Position numbers and translations under genes: made by a program. A DNA stretch of 61,663 bases, the filler included, from Choristocarpus tenellus KU-1152 (Eukaryota; Protista; Phaeophyceae): the NCBI GenBank assembly GCA_964200185.2. It is 6 parts of 6 records of this genome, joined end to end, with 100 filler letters (N's around TTAATTAATTAA, not from the genome) between each part and the next. Parts side by side here need not be neighbours in the genome. Positions count along the whole stretch, not along the records: positions 38,146 to 45,527 come from CAXNAD020006239.1; positions 45,628 to 55,517 come from CAXNAD020003304.1; 4 more parts are not named here. One strand, written 5' to 3'. Shown here in pieces: positions 39,471-52,131 of this stretch. The first letter of the stretch is position 1. Each line of letters opens with the position of its first letter. The notes under the pieces were generated by a model. That model saw only the letters and a program-made list of their open reading frames with translations. It made no database searches and was not told the origin of the DNA.

Positions 39471-39731
39471 GACCCAAAGCATTTAAGAGGGTAGGAGTTT
39501 TGCCCTGTTTGTCTGTTTGAGGCTTGGCTTCCCACGATTTCCTTGTGCCCTTCTTTTTCGGCTTCCTGTGTGAACACCGTTACCTAAAATATATACGACT
39601 ATGAAAGGTGTGCCCAGAGCAAGGATATTGACACTTGCTAACAAACACGATAGCCAAAATTAATCAAAACAGAAACATTGGATTTTGGACCCTGAACGAA
39701 CGTGGCCCTACCCTATTCAATGCTTTGGGTC
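39471..39731 (-). mobile_element. MITE subfamily A2 copy, TSD TTCC
   Basis: GACCCAAAGCATTTAAGAGGGTAGG...CCTACCCTATTCAATGCTTTGGGTC, TTCC/TTCC flanks. Confidence 0.9.
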
Positions 39732-40503
39732 TTCCAACAGTCAAAACATGTCAATTCTCATAAACACGTTCCTGTCCGTGTGCCAGGCCCCTACAGTAGC
39801 GCTTTTAGTATCTTGACGATATTTTACATGTCAAGAATAGAACGTTCATTTGCGTAAGACAGCAACAGTAGAACTTGATTTGTTGGCAAACACTGCATGC
39901 AAGGTATTACTTTGTAGTATTAACACGACCAGGAAACAATACAAAACGAAGACCAGATGAGACTGCCAAAAAAAAAATGTGAACAGAATTACGTTAATTC
40001 CTACATCAAGTAGACCTAACACGGTAGAGGTCTTCTTCTACTTTGTTTTATTTTATTGTTCGTCTGTACAACAGGTATATACAGCAAACAATCTGCAACA
40101 TGTTGTGGGCCTCACGCTTGAAAAAACGCCCATCTACAGTGTAGATCTACAAGACTGAAAAATGGAAAATGTGCAAAACCATATATGCCCACATTGTAGG
40201 AGTTATGAAGTTTAACAGGTCGAAGAAAAGGGAAGTGACGTTTCTGAAGAGAGCATCCAGAACAGGTGGTCAGAAAGGTGAGGTACTACAGAGTATATAT
40301 AAATAAATATGGGAATACTACGGACTACTACTACTTCACTCTATACGAAATAGTAAATAGGATATAATCAGAGTTACTACGGACAAATAACAAAAAAAAG
40401 AAGATATATGTCAACTTCAAATTTGCTTACGCACGAAAGACCTACCCCACCAACACAAAACCTGCGTAGTAACAATGACAAAGAGACTGAAGTAAAATAT
40501 ATA

Positions 40504-42198
40504 CTAACTCCGTGCCATAAGTCTGTGTCACGTTCTCCATAACTTTTGAAGATGTTGATGAATTTCATTTCTGAAAGAAGATTTGGAATCCTCGGCGAAT
40601 TTCTGGTTAGGGTCAGCTCTTTTTATTATTATTACTCCCCATCCATCACAATTTTATCAGTGACAGAAACATTCTCCATGTCCACCTTCAGCGTGTTTTC
40701 AAGCTCACCAGACAATTGCCTCTTCCTTACCCCTGTGTGCTCCACACTGAACTCATTCCCCCCTTTGCATCTAAGTACTTGATTGTACACCCCAAAAAGG
40801 AGTTGCCAAGCCCTCCCAAGTGTGGTTTCATCATACTCCTCATACTGTTTCTTAATGACCTTCACCATCTCCTCGACAGACCCAAACCACTCCTCCATCA
40901 CCCGGCATTTCAAAGACCTAAAGAAGCACCGGTCCATGATATTGAGGTCAGGGAAGTTAGATAGCTGCGTTACAAGCCTAATCAACCACACCTCAGTCTT
41001 TCCTGCCCCTGACAAGATTTCTGAGTTGCCCTTGCCCGTGTGGGGGGTGGCACCGTCTTGCTAAACGACAATGTGCTTCCCCTGCAACCAAGGCATCTCG
41101 GTCTTGATTGCAGGCAGTAACTCCTCCGTGTACCACTTCCTGTACCACAAATGGTCTAAAGTATGGTCCTGCTCATACACATCCCCCTTTTTATGGTTCT
41201 TGCTTGTCCTGTCTGCCGTTTATGGCGCACACGCACACGCCAAACACCAAGCTTTCCATCAAAGCTGTGAGCCGAATCTGGGCGGGCTTGGATATAATGA
41301 TCATGGCTTTGGGGATATGACTCTTGTGCTTGCACAGTAGGAGACCCTGGAAGGTCGTTACCATCCTCGTGCGGAAGTACCCTAACCCTTTCCCCATCAT
41401 CCATCACGTAAAACCAGGTTTCAGTCACATGGGTCGTGTTCCCCATGGAGGCGTACACACCAAGTTTCCGATCGACTTGATGGCAAACAAAGTCCATTCT
41501 CCATACCTTTAGCCACGATTTAAGCTTGGGTTTGATCCAGCGGCGATTAGGCATGGTCTCCATATCATCCAACCACCTGTTTATGGTGCTCGTGCTATAA
41601 TTCAGCCCCTTGGCGGCCATCTTGATTGTCACCTGACACACTGTGGATGACCGATTATCGGAGTCAATACTATGTATTGCGGACATCTTGGTCGGTGTGG
41701 CTTGATGGCCAGAAACTACGTGCCACCACCCCTAGGTCAAGTGTGTGGTCACCAGTGAGCTGATTGGCGAGGTCCTCCCAGAGCCCACACATGTAATGCT
41801 TGGAAACTCCAAACTCCGCTATGAGGGCTTGCCCAACTCACCGCAGGAGTTTATGCTCACCAGGGACCATCGTGAGGGTGTGCCGCGCTGCAAGTGCAAC
41901 CCTGGTACTCAGGCATACTTGGGCACCCTTCCTCAACGAGGGGGGCGACAGGGGGGTTGCCATACCGACGTTCTGACCCTCGACGTGCCCAGTTCTGGCC
42001 TCAAAATCACCCCAAAAGACCCCTGCTTTGACGCCTTGAAGCACCTCGAGTTTGTGCCTGATGATCTTCGACCTTGACGTTTTCTGAAAGCTGAAATTGT
42101 CAACCCAATTTCATTCTGTGGGTTATCGTCCGATTCGGCGCCGGTCTCGCTCGGCAACCTCAGATGTATTGTGGCACAAACTTATGGCACAGAGGTAG
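40504..42198 (-). mobile_element. Full-length decayed Tc1/mariner element of plant-mariner (DD39D/Stowaway-parent) type
   Basis: 28-bp TIRs CTAACTCCGTGCCATAAGTCTGTGTCAC (40504..40531) and reverse complement CTACCTCTGTGCCATAAGTTTGTGCCAC (42171..42198), 24/28 identical; left TA flank (right GA); transposase relic inside. Confidence 0.9.
40632..42157 (-). pseudogene. Mariner-like DDD transposase pseudogene
   Basis: Motifs IKPKL, HV(T)ETWFYV, HKSHIPKAM, *QDGATPH, PDLNIMDRCFFRSLK, GGNEFSVEH across several frames; stop at 41061-41063; first catalytic D replaced by T. Confidence 0.88.
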
Positions 42199-42595
42199 GA
42201 ATATAATAGGCTACTCCTTAGTGAATACTTGGCGCAGTTCGTATTGCCACTCCATCTGTGAAGCATTGACCTGGTCATTGATGATGGGGGGATATAAACA
42301 ACAACGCACCGAGTCTATTGGTACTATTTATTCTTCTTAGTGACACTCTACATTATGTATATATGTCATTAATATTTATTGTTGTTGTGTCTCGCACATT
42401 GATGATGACCACCTGGCCTGGTGTTTACGCTGAAACAAAATGGCAATAATGTCTTTTTGTAAACTTTCGTACACGTATGTAGTCAGTGCTAACTCTAATG
42501 AGGAGAAGCAAGTTCTTGCCACCATTTTCACAATACTGCACGTGCGACTCGACTCCCTTCTCTTCACAGCGCAACCCACCCTGCACATCCCACAG

Positions 42596-43086
42596 TCCTG
42601 ACGAAATCCTTCGAGAAAGTGCTGAGACTCAATTGGACGGAAGACCTGCTGATAATGCTGGAAGGGTTAGGGCTGACTCCTGCTTCAGCAGCCGTGGGCG
42701 AGGCCCAGGGGCAAGAGCACGAGCCAAGTTCGACATCTGCGAGACTCGTTGCAATTGAGGGGTTGGATATGGTGCGGGTAAGCACCCGCATGGTTCTCAA
42801 CTCAGGCTTTCACGCTTCCACCATCGTAGCATTCTATCTAGCTTTGACCATCCCAAAGTTAGCATGGACCAATAAACACTGCATCCCTTTTCTATATTTT
42901 TTCCTTTCCCCACCCACTGCATGACACTGACAGGACGTACCCAGAGGCTCGACAACCTTCTGCTTGCAGGACACTCTGATTACAGAAGTGGCCGGCAAGC
43001 TCGAGAAGGGAGATACACGAACGCATTCAGCAAGAGATGGGCATTCGAGACTCACGTGGATCCGGGGAGAGAAGATGATTCTTAGA
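42596..43086 (+). CDS. Two-exon fragment of a hypothetical protein; join(42596..42777,42934..43086)
   Basis: Pyrimidine tract+CAG acceptors, GTAAG donors, open in frame: LTKSFEKVLRLNWTEDLL...GLDMVR|DVPRGSTTFCLQD...MILR. Confidence 0.5.
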
Positions 43087-46000
43087 GTAAGGCTGCAGCC
43101 TATATTACAAGGGCTTAGGTGCTCCGGCTGATTTGTTTCCGATTTTCAGATGTTCAATGTTGCCTGAGCGTCACATAACCTCGCCCATGTGATCATGCTA
43201 AACTAAATGCTCAAACACTTCAAATGAGAACCAGCAACTAAACTTGTGCATTATTTTTTTATTCCGCATTGTTGTCCTTGTCGTAGTGTAGTACTCTGAG
43301 CATGAATAGCTGTTTTGATATTCAAATGTTGGCTACCACAATACCCTACTTCGGAAAATATGTGGGGAGGATCTTGCCACCATGGCAGTATAATCTCAGC
43401 TTCACACTTTAGGTTCAGAGAACAACTAGTCAGACCACCTCAGTGCATTTTACCACAATGGAGACATTTGCACCTGATATTGGTAATGATATTTAAACCA
43501 AACAACAATGTTTTCCTTCAATGGATAAATTCTAAATGGTATGTACCACGATTGTAAGTGGGTGTACTACCCTCGTGTGTCACTGTATTCCTAGACAGAT
43601 AGACAGACGGACACATAAATCGAGCCCAATTCAACGGAAAACACACTCTCAAGTTAGAAAGGCCAGAACTGAATATATTCTAGACACATGAGGCACCCCA
43701 CGTGCACTCTACCACTCAGATTCCATTCCTATGAACTGTGAGCACCAGGCATCACACACAGTTACACCACCAAAACAGTACTCTTTGCTACTAACACACA
43801 CCTTCGTTTCTACTCACCAGTAAAATCTCTTCTACTACGGACCCCTCCAGGCCAGCAAGTAACAACCCCACAATATCATTGCAAACATTCAACACTCCTT
43901 GTTCTAAGGCCTGCCAAAGATCATCCAGACTCAATGAAAGACAAATGCAGCAATAACAAATCAAGCACAGTGCAATGAAAACATATAAAAATACACAGGG
44001 AGAGTGAGCAAGTGGCATGCCTCCCGTAGTTGTCCACCCTCCTGTGCTAATTTTTGCTGCTTGCTGTGCACACTGATAATAATGGCGCACACTACTGTTT
44101 TACATTGCGCTGCTGCAGAGTTGTGGAGCAGGACGTGGGATAGGTGGGGAGAGAATGTGAGCTTGGGGAAGAATAAAAGCTCCTGCAGGACACAGGCAAA
44201 GAGAAGTGGATGGTAGTAGATTGTGTTTCGGACAAAGACTTGATCGTGTTTTCCCAGGATGGATAGTCATCATGCTCGCCTTTCATCATCAATTGTTAAT
44301 CTGCATAGATGGGCAGTACATAAGGGTTGGTGAAGGGTGGATGGCCGCAGGTGGTGATGACAGGGATTGCTCACAAGACCACCCATGGCCAATTTCCCAC
44401 ATGGGCACATTATTGTGGTTTGAAGTAGGCAGTCTTCACTCAACACACACACAGGTCTCTATTTAGTGTACAAACTTTGAGTTTTACCACTAGACCTAAC
44501 GACGAATATGTCGCCGCAGCACAGCAGTAACATGCAGTGGCATATCGACCCTAGCCCAGTCTTTGTAGCCCCTGCAACAAACTACGTCTAGCCCCTCACA
44601 ACATGCACCCCATGGGTGTCAAGTGATGTTTTGTACTCTACATCACGTGACCGCTGAATGTTCTCAAAATGGCATCTCACTACCAATTGCTTAAAGATGT
44701 TGAGAGTGTGTTCAAGCTGATCAACAGTCTTGTCGTGCTGGGATTGCCAAGAAGACAAGGGGAACGTTTTGGGAAGTGGCAAGCGTGCTTGAGATCAGAA
44801 GATGTGCGGTAGAATCAGCTCCAAATCACTTGTAGTACTACTCATCAAACACAAATAGATGGTATCTAGAGGTCTCTTGCACTTAAAGCGTATGATAAAA
44901 GGTCCAATGCCATGCCCAAGTCAGAGGTGCAGAGAGACTTGTTGAAACTCGGACAAAAGAGGGAGTAATACAGAATTGAGAACATTGAATACATGTATCA
45001 CCTATGCAAAGTTGGAATATCGTGCGTTCCTTGAGTTTATCACAAGAGTTAATCCAACTGTAGGTAAGAGTCAAGCCCCAAGGTTTGGTAGAATAAATCT
45101 AGGGTCTCTCTTCAGGAAGGATTTTGCAGGCATCATAGCCTGATGGTGGGAAGGATGCGATTGGATCGCTATAGGAAAGTCACAAGCCAGTCTAGGCAGA
45201 AGATAGCTCACCTGGTGCATCAAGGACACTCACGGAATTAGTGTCCATCACTAATTTTGATTAGGGCTGCATAGGTATGCCTCTCAGTGGAGGAAAAGAG
45301 TCGGGAAAATGTGAAAAAGACGAAATAGCTCTACTCCGACACTTCCACGATGAGTGTTGATAGTTCCAAGACAAATTCGTTTGTATATATATATTGAGTC
45401 ACATACGTTGACATGCTCTTTTGTTTGCATAACAGCAGGGTAGTAGTGGTGCATGAACTCGTATGGAAAAGAATGGATCAATAGTGATGGAATATTTCAT
45501 GATCATCTGTAGAGCACAACGGAACCTNNNNNNNNNNNNNNNNNNNNNNNNNNNNNNNNNNNNNNNNNNNNTTAATTAATTAANNNNNNNNNNNNNNNNN
45601 NNNNNNNNNNNNNNNNNNNNNNNNNNNCTCCTGTGGGTCTTCCCGCTCCCCTTCATTACGAAGAACCTGTCGGCTGTTTCCACCTGTTTCACATACAACT
45701 CCTTCTCACTAGACCATATCTACAAACCACTTAATTGTGCATCTATCTTCTAGGGTAAGATGTCAAATACGTATGGAACCACGTATGACTTATGAAAGAT
45801 ACGGAGAAATCACTCCTCAATTTGGTTATTTTTGATATACATTTATTTTTTGGTCTATTGAAGGCCAATTTTATTTTGTTCTTGGTCTATCGATGTCAAG
45901 TTGGGAGGAAATATATACAGGGGGAAGTATGACGCAAACCTTACGCTGTATATATTATGTAGAGGTGAAAGGTGACTTTTCTGGAACATTCCAACAGCTA

Positions 46001-47021
46001 ATGAATTGATTTGATAGAATGATTTTCAAACACTAGTATGAAGTATGTTCTAGTACTCCTCGAAAGAAAGAAATTAGCGCATGTTGTCGGCAATACAGAA
46101 AAGAACAAAGAGTCAAACCACTTGAGACTTAGGTAGGGTTACATTTTAAGGATGCTGAGAAGGGCAAAAAGACGCCATTTTGTACAATTAATTGCAGAAA
46201 GGAAGGATCTTGCTTGATTTGTGGTGTCACTTTCTATGTGGAAAGGGGGAATATCAATTTCTGGTACACTATCGTAGGAATGAAGAACTGGAATAGAGTC
46301 AAGTCCACAGAGATTAGAAAAAATATATCCAGAAAGAATAATATAATTCAAGGATCAGGTCCAGCATCTCGGAACATACTTGTTTCAAGAAGGGGCACAT
46401 AATATCCATGTTCACTTCAGAGCATCTAAGATTAAGTCCCTGCACCCACCAGATACAACATTATATCAATAACACCAATAAGAGTATCTATCCTACGTTG
46501 GGCAAAGGAATCCTCCAGTCCCCTACTCTTCCAAAGAAGAAAAGAAGAAAAGGAAAAGAAAAGAAGGCAATATTATGACACATTGTTGAGGGTCAAGGCC
46601 ACTTCTACGTCACAGGTTGTGGGTACTGTGACCTCAATGGTGTACCATACATACACAAAGTAGTCGTCCCTAACCTCGACATATCTGTGTCACCTGTTTG
46701 TTGAGTCTTATGGAAAAGAACCTACTGATCACCCGAGATGTCAAAAGCCTTAAGGTCGCCTTGGAGGCACCACCAATAGTTTTTCTGTAAGCCTCCCCTC
46801 TCCTCCTTCAGTTTCTGAGCATTGAGTTCTCCGAGCATGAGGTTTTGGGCCAATTGATCATCATCTATTCGCGACATGAAAGCTTCAAATACCAGTTTAT
46901 TTTTGCGGACACTGGCCTTGACGCACTCACGTCCAGTTCCTCAAGGATTTCTTTATACGATATAGGGTAGTCTATTTTCCGTTTGTGGAGCCCAATGCAT
47001 TGGTGAAAGATTTTGCAGTGT

Positions 47022-47286
47022 GACCCAAAGTATCTGGGGGGGGGGGGGGGGGGGGGGCCCCCCAGGGGCCCCATTCGCCCAAACAACGAAAAAGAGCCAT
47101 TTACTGATCCCATANNNNNNNNNNTCTTAGTGTGTGTCTACACCAGGGTGTCCATTTGGACCAAAATCAGGAAAAGTTCATTTACATTGTCCATCCAACG
47201 TATGCAACCAAATCACCCAAAAATCGCAACGTAGAAAAATGGGACCAAAATGGACAGCCGTCACCCTCCGCCAGATAATTCGAGCC
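47022..47286 (-). mobile_element. MITE subfamily B copy, TSD TGT (contains N10 gap)
   Basis: GACCCAAAGTATCTGGGG...CCAGATAATTCGAGCC, TGT/TGT flanks. Confidence 0.8.
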
Positions 47287-47939
47287 TGTTGGGCACGAGG
47301 CTGAGCATAATGGTCCTTTCTTGGTGTTCACACCATGCATCCCTACAGCAGAGTCTCCAATACTTCGGATTGGAGCATCCAAATCTTTACCTCAAGTGGT
47401 CTACCTACTACCCAATTGCTTTGAAGTATAGCATACTTGCTGTACTTCCTGAAGCGCCCCCATGCCTTCTGGATACAAAGCTGGATCTCAGTGGTGGTAT
47501 CGGCATTATCACTGAGCGAACCTCCGACAAAGAAAATCTTGGAAGTCTGCCGATACCATTGACCTCCACACCAATCTGTTTTTTCCTGTACTGGCCTGTC
47601 ACATTATTGCTGTCTTCTTCTCTGTCACGGTTAGTCCAAATTCCACGCACACTGTGACAGTGACGGTCATCATTTTGACCAAACTCTTTCTCTGGAGTCA
47701 TTGACACAACACCGCACCATCAGCATAGGGCATACAGCATACACAACAATTTCATCAACTATGAGGGTATCTCTTGGTGTCCTCCCCATGGGCTGAAGGA
47801 CTGGTCTTTTCTTCTTTTTTTTCCTGATACAGACAATTTCTTCAGGGATATCCTCTTTCTTGTTGAACTTTTCCTGTGCAATCACAAGACTGCAATAATT
47901 TAGAGATTAAACAGCAAGGCGAAAACACACCGTTGACAG

Positions 47940-49130
47940 AAGCCTTTGTTCAACATTAACCAGTTTGAGCATTCCCCATCGTCCAACTGCACAATCTTCG
48001 TTAGTCATCTTCAAAGCCTTTATGAGAGTGTAACATTGTGGTTCGGCACATATTTTTGGATCCAGGTGTCCTCCCTCGCTTGCCAAGCCTTCAGAATTCC
48101 CTCCCGAACCTCAGGGCTGGCATACAATCCTCGTGAAACAGCTCTTCGTGTTGGAGGTAGGGTGAGGACAGTGGCAAACTCCAGTATGCATGCAGTGTAT
48201 ACGAATGTCATTTTGTCAATATTCTCGATCAACTCTTCAAGACTAAGGAAATTCTTAACAATAGCATTTGATAGAGCAGTCCGAAACTGAACATCTGAGT
48301 TCAAGGTATGGTGTTGAAGTATCCCACTCTTTACCCACGGTTAAGATGATGTGTGTTGACTCTTGACAAAGGATAATATGTAGGTTGGTGCGAAGATGCT
48401 ACTACGGAGAATAGTGTTACTAAATGGTCATGGTCTCAAATCCGTTGACTAAGCCCATAGGGCTAACAATTGTTAGCACACACTGCTATTTCTATAATGT
48501 GGGGTTTCCAATCGTCCATACTAGCTATATATGAATAACTTATTTGCTTGTCTTCACTATGACAAGTTTATCTACGGCAGAACACTAGTCGGTGGACATA
48601 ATTCGGTCAGTACATGCATATGATGTCACACACCGGTATGTCCATCAATGGATCTCCATCCTATTATCTACTCTACCAGCAGTGTCTACAGCGTATCAAT
48701 ACCACCATCCATAGACATATGGCCATCCAAAAATAGGTGTCTCTTGGGTGGTCGTACCATAATATTTGGTACCAACCGACCAAGGGAGTTGACTGGCATC
48801 GATACAATTCGGTGGTCTGATTCCAGTTTAAGATGTACCATAACATTCGAATGAGTTGTCTCTCGAGTTGGCGTGTGATGATGTAATCAGGGCAACTTCT
48901 CTCGTTGTTGGGGGCCACGTAAGTATGGGAGTTTTGACCTTTCGATGCGCTGAAAATGTGTTCAAGAGAGCAAGTTTACAAATCCCAGCGATTCCCAGCA
49001 ATCGCATACCATTACCATCTGGCTCGTCACATCCATAGGCCACAAGAAACAGGTTATCGATTCCTTCCCTTCCTTCCCTTTTTCTTCCAGTTCGAGCATT
49101 GGAATCCATCTAACAGTTTCTCCTTAGAGG
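47940..49130 (-). mobile_element. Decayed non-LTR retrotransposon (RTE/CR1-like) APE endonuclease and linker fragment
   Basis: DSNARTG, GNGMRLL, LALLNTF, PDYIITR, ESDHRIV motifs in order over frameshifted ORFs. Confidence 0.75.
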
Positions 49131-49843
49131 TCACACATGTTCCACATTCTTATTGAGCTATACTCAGAGGTGATCCTTCTCCCCTTTGTCCATCTCCTTC
49201 CAGTGGTTTCCTGTGGGCTCTGTTGGAGCATATCCCGTAATGGACGTGGACATTCGAGCTACAGGGTAGGGGATCCAGCAGTAGCGTATCTGCATGTTTT
49301 GCCCTGTTCAATCCATTTTCTTCCATTTTGTGAGCATTTTGTATAGATGGGTGACTTCGTTGGTTGAAATCTTCTCAGTAGTCTGATTTCAAGTTGCTCA
49401 CAATTGGTTTCCGCGATATGCGACGTTCAGTACGTTTTTTACTTTTCTGTTGAGGTTTCTCTGTTTCCTTCTTAATACACAGTCTCTGTGCGAGCTTTGT
49501 TGTTGAGTTTGCGACCTCCATCATCTCACAGCCCATCCACTCTCCCTCCTTCGAATCTGGTGTGTGCGTGTCTGGTGTCATCGCCCCGCAATGAAGCTAC
49601 ATCTGCCACGTTGTCTTAGTTCGAGTTTAGCGTTTGCCTGGTTCACGATATCCGGTATGCTCTTGACAGTACCATTGTTCTAAACTTATATTACAACCCT
49701 ATAGCAACCAGTTTACACACCGCGCGCTGCGCGTTCATCAGACCAGTTGAGTCAGAAATTCGCGCGCAGCCGAACCATCTTCTACCTCTATGATTCATAA
49801 GGGCATTCCTGTCTAATATCCCACCCAGCACCTGTAACTTATC

Positions 49844-51540
49844 ATGAGAACTCTGGCAAATATTGCTACCGTTTGTGTCGTCCTGTTCACCGGGGTTGAT
49901 TCTTTTGGTAAGGCTATCGCTTCCTGCAGAACCTCGTTGTTGCTGAATCGGCGAGACCCTCTGTTGACTGCATAACTGCAACTTACATGGCAACCACATT
50001 GCTGCTTTCTTCGCAGTAACTTCGTCTCTCCGATCGCAATCCTGTGGCCTTGTGCGGCGACATATCGTGGAAGATGGACTGGCGGTGACCGTGATGTCTA
50101 CACAAGGGCCGCGATACAGGCAAGTCCAGAGGTTCTTGTTGCAAATGTTGAGGTGTTGAGATGATGTATATATGAGAGATTTATAGCCAGGTTGATGTGA
50201 TGTTGTAGATTCCCTACTGCACTGTCTTGTAGCTTACTACAGTAAAATAGTACTTGCGCTCTTGCCCATAACATAAAAATGTTTTCCAACACGTTCAACA
50301 CATCACGTCCTACCCCGCTCAGGGTGGCTGTTGCCTCTGTCGGCCTTGCTCTTTCTCTGTTGGTGGGGAGCCCTAACTTGACACCCCAGAAGGCCGTTGC
50401 CATCTCGGGTGGAGGCTTAGACTATGCAGGGCTGAATCTCACAGGAAAGGACTTCTCCAAGGGTCAGTACAAGTCGAAGGTTGGTGGAAGTTCAACCTGG
50501 ACTTTGTACCGCAGAACTCTAAGGTCCATCCTATAACTCAAAATCATATGTCGGGCTTACATTCCCTCTGGCATGCCTTTGTCAGAACTCTCCAGTACTA
50601 TCTGAATACTCACGGTCCAAGCCAAACTCTAGTTTATAATCGCACGAATCTTACGTGTTTCTCTTGCTGTCTAATTTTCTATGCGGAGAAGGACTTTAGT
50701 GGTGCGATTGCTAAGGAGGCCAACTTTCAAGGATCAGATCTGCGTGGAGTTCGCTTCTTCAAATCTGATCTCAAGGCAGCAGACTTCACCAGTGCAAATC
50801 TCGCCAATGCCTCGCTAGAGGGTGCGGACTTGGAAGGGTGAGCGATGCTTCAAATTGCTGATATGCATTGCTCTAACTCGGTTAAAGTTTGAGAGGGAAT
50901 CCATTGCAGATTTCCGAATGAATGTATTGACACACTATCCTTGTTTACAGATTATGCCCATGCACCTTCCGCATATGATGCTCCTCTCAGAACAATACTT
51001 AAGAATGCAGTGGTGACGGGGAGCTACTTCAGCGAGAGTGTTTCCCAGGTGTGTTATTTTTGTGGGCAAATTCCTGCAGTGTGCTGTTTCTCAGTTTCAT
51101 TGTCTGCAGAAACTACAGCCCCGCTTTTCTTCCACAAGCTTTTGTCAAAGAGATTTATATGTTGTTCTCACTGTGTAAGGTGCTTCAGATTGGGTTACTT
51201 GAAGGGTCACTATTCTCTGGTGTCAAGTATGGAAAGTGTACACCCTAAGGCTCTCCTCAAATGCTTTTCGGTCCTTGTCCTTAGACCAAATATAAAATTC
51301 ATGACAAGACCCAAGGTAATGCCTGCCTTTGTCTGTGCCCCTTGGAATTACCTCTCCATGACCATGAATTGTGCGAACACCTTACAAGTACAGGTAGGAG
51401 ACATCAGCGGCGCAGACTTTACAGAAGCACTCATCAGGCAGGACATCCAAATGGCCCTCTGCAAGCGAGCTGATGCAAAGGGCACAAACCCTGTCACTGG
51501 AGTTGCAACCCGGGAATCTCTATTGTGTGATATGTTTTGA
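49844..51540 (+). CDS. Thylakoid-lumen pentapeptide-repeat protein precursor (TL17/TL20-like); join(49844..49907,50017..50119,50251..50479,50692..50837,50991..51048,51394..51540), 248 aa
   Basis: Signal peptide MRTLANIATVCVVLFTGVDS-F, Ser/Arg-rich transit, hydrophobic lumen signal ending AVA, A(D/N)(F/L)xx pentapeptides, C-terminal LC...GTNPVTGVATRESLLC; all phases consistent. Confidence 0.9.
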
Positions 51541-52131
51541 TTGATTCAGAGTAGTGTCGAGATAGAGTGAGCTTGTTTGTTTTTTGTTGTGTTGGGTATT
51601 ACAAGCTGGGAGGCAAAGACTTGAGTGTAGTCATGATGCAAGCCTGATGATTTGTTGTGAGATATGCTATCAAAGTAGCAGTAGGAGTTTCATGCGTAAG
51701 TGCAGAGACAATAAGGAGTTACATGTGGAGCAGTGGTCAAGTTACTGCGACCATTCCCAAGCACCCCTGTGTGTCCGTCAGCAGCTTGGTTGTCTGGAAT
51801 AAAAACAGACAGATACAACTTCTAGTTTGGTGTGGATGTCTCATATTCACCCCAGTTGTATGTACAATGACTTGGTGTTACACACACATGGGCAGTTATC
51901 CGGAAGAGTATCAAACTAACAGGGCTCAAGGATAAGTGAACATACCAATGAATGCAGTCAAGTGACCTTACAATGCTTTCATGGTGTGTTGCGGAATCTG
52001 AGCATACATAAACTTCAATACAATGATTTGAAAAAATCCATTGAAAGAATGGATATCCCTTGGAGCTTGAAAATTGTGGTTGACCTAAAGTAGAGAACAG
52101 GCAAAGTACCCTTAGTCCAGCAACATCATCT

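Noticed and set aside
44588-44790. FP...LAIPA fragment resembling a hAT dimerisation domain
   Set aside because: Motifs lie in different frames, with no ERxFS and no TIRs found.
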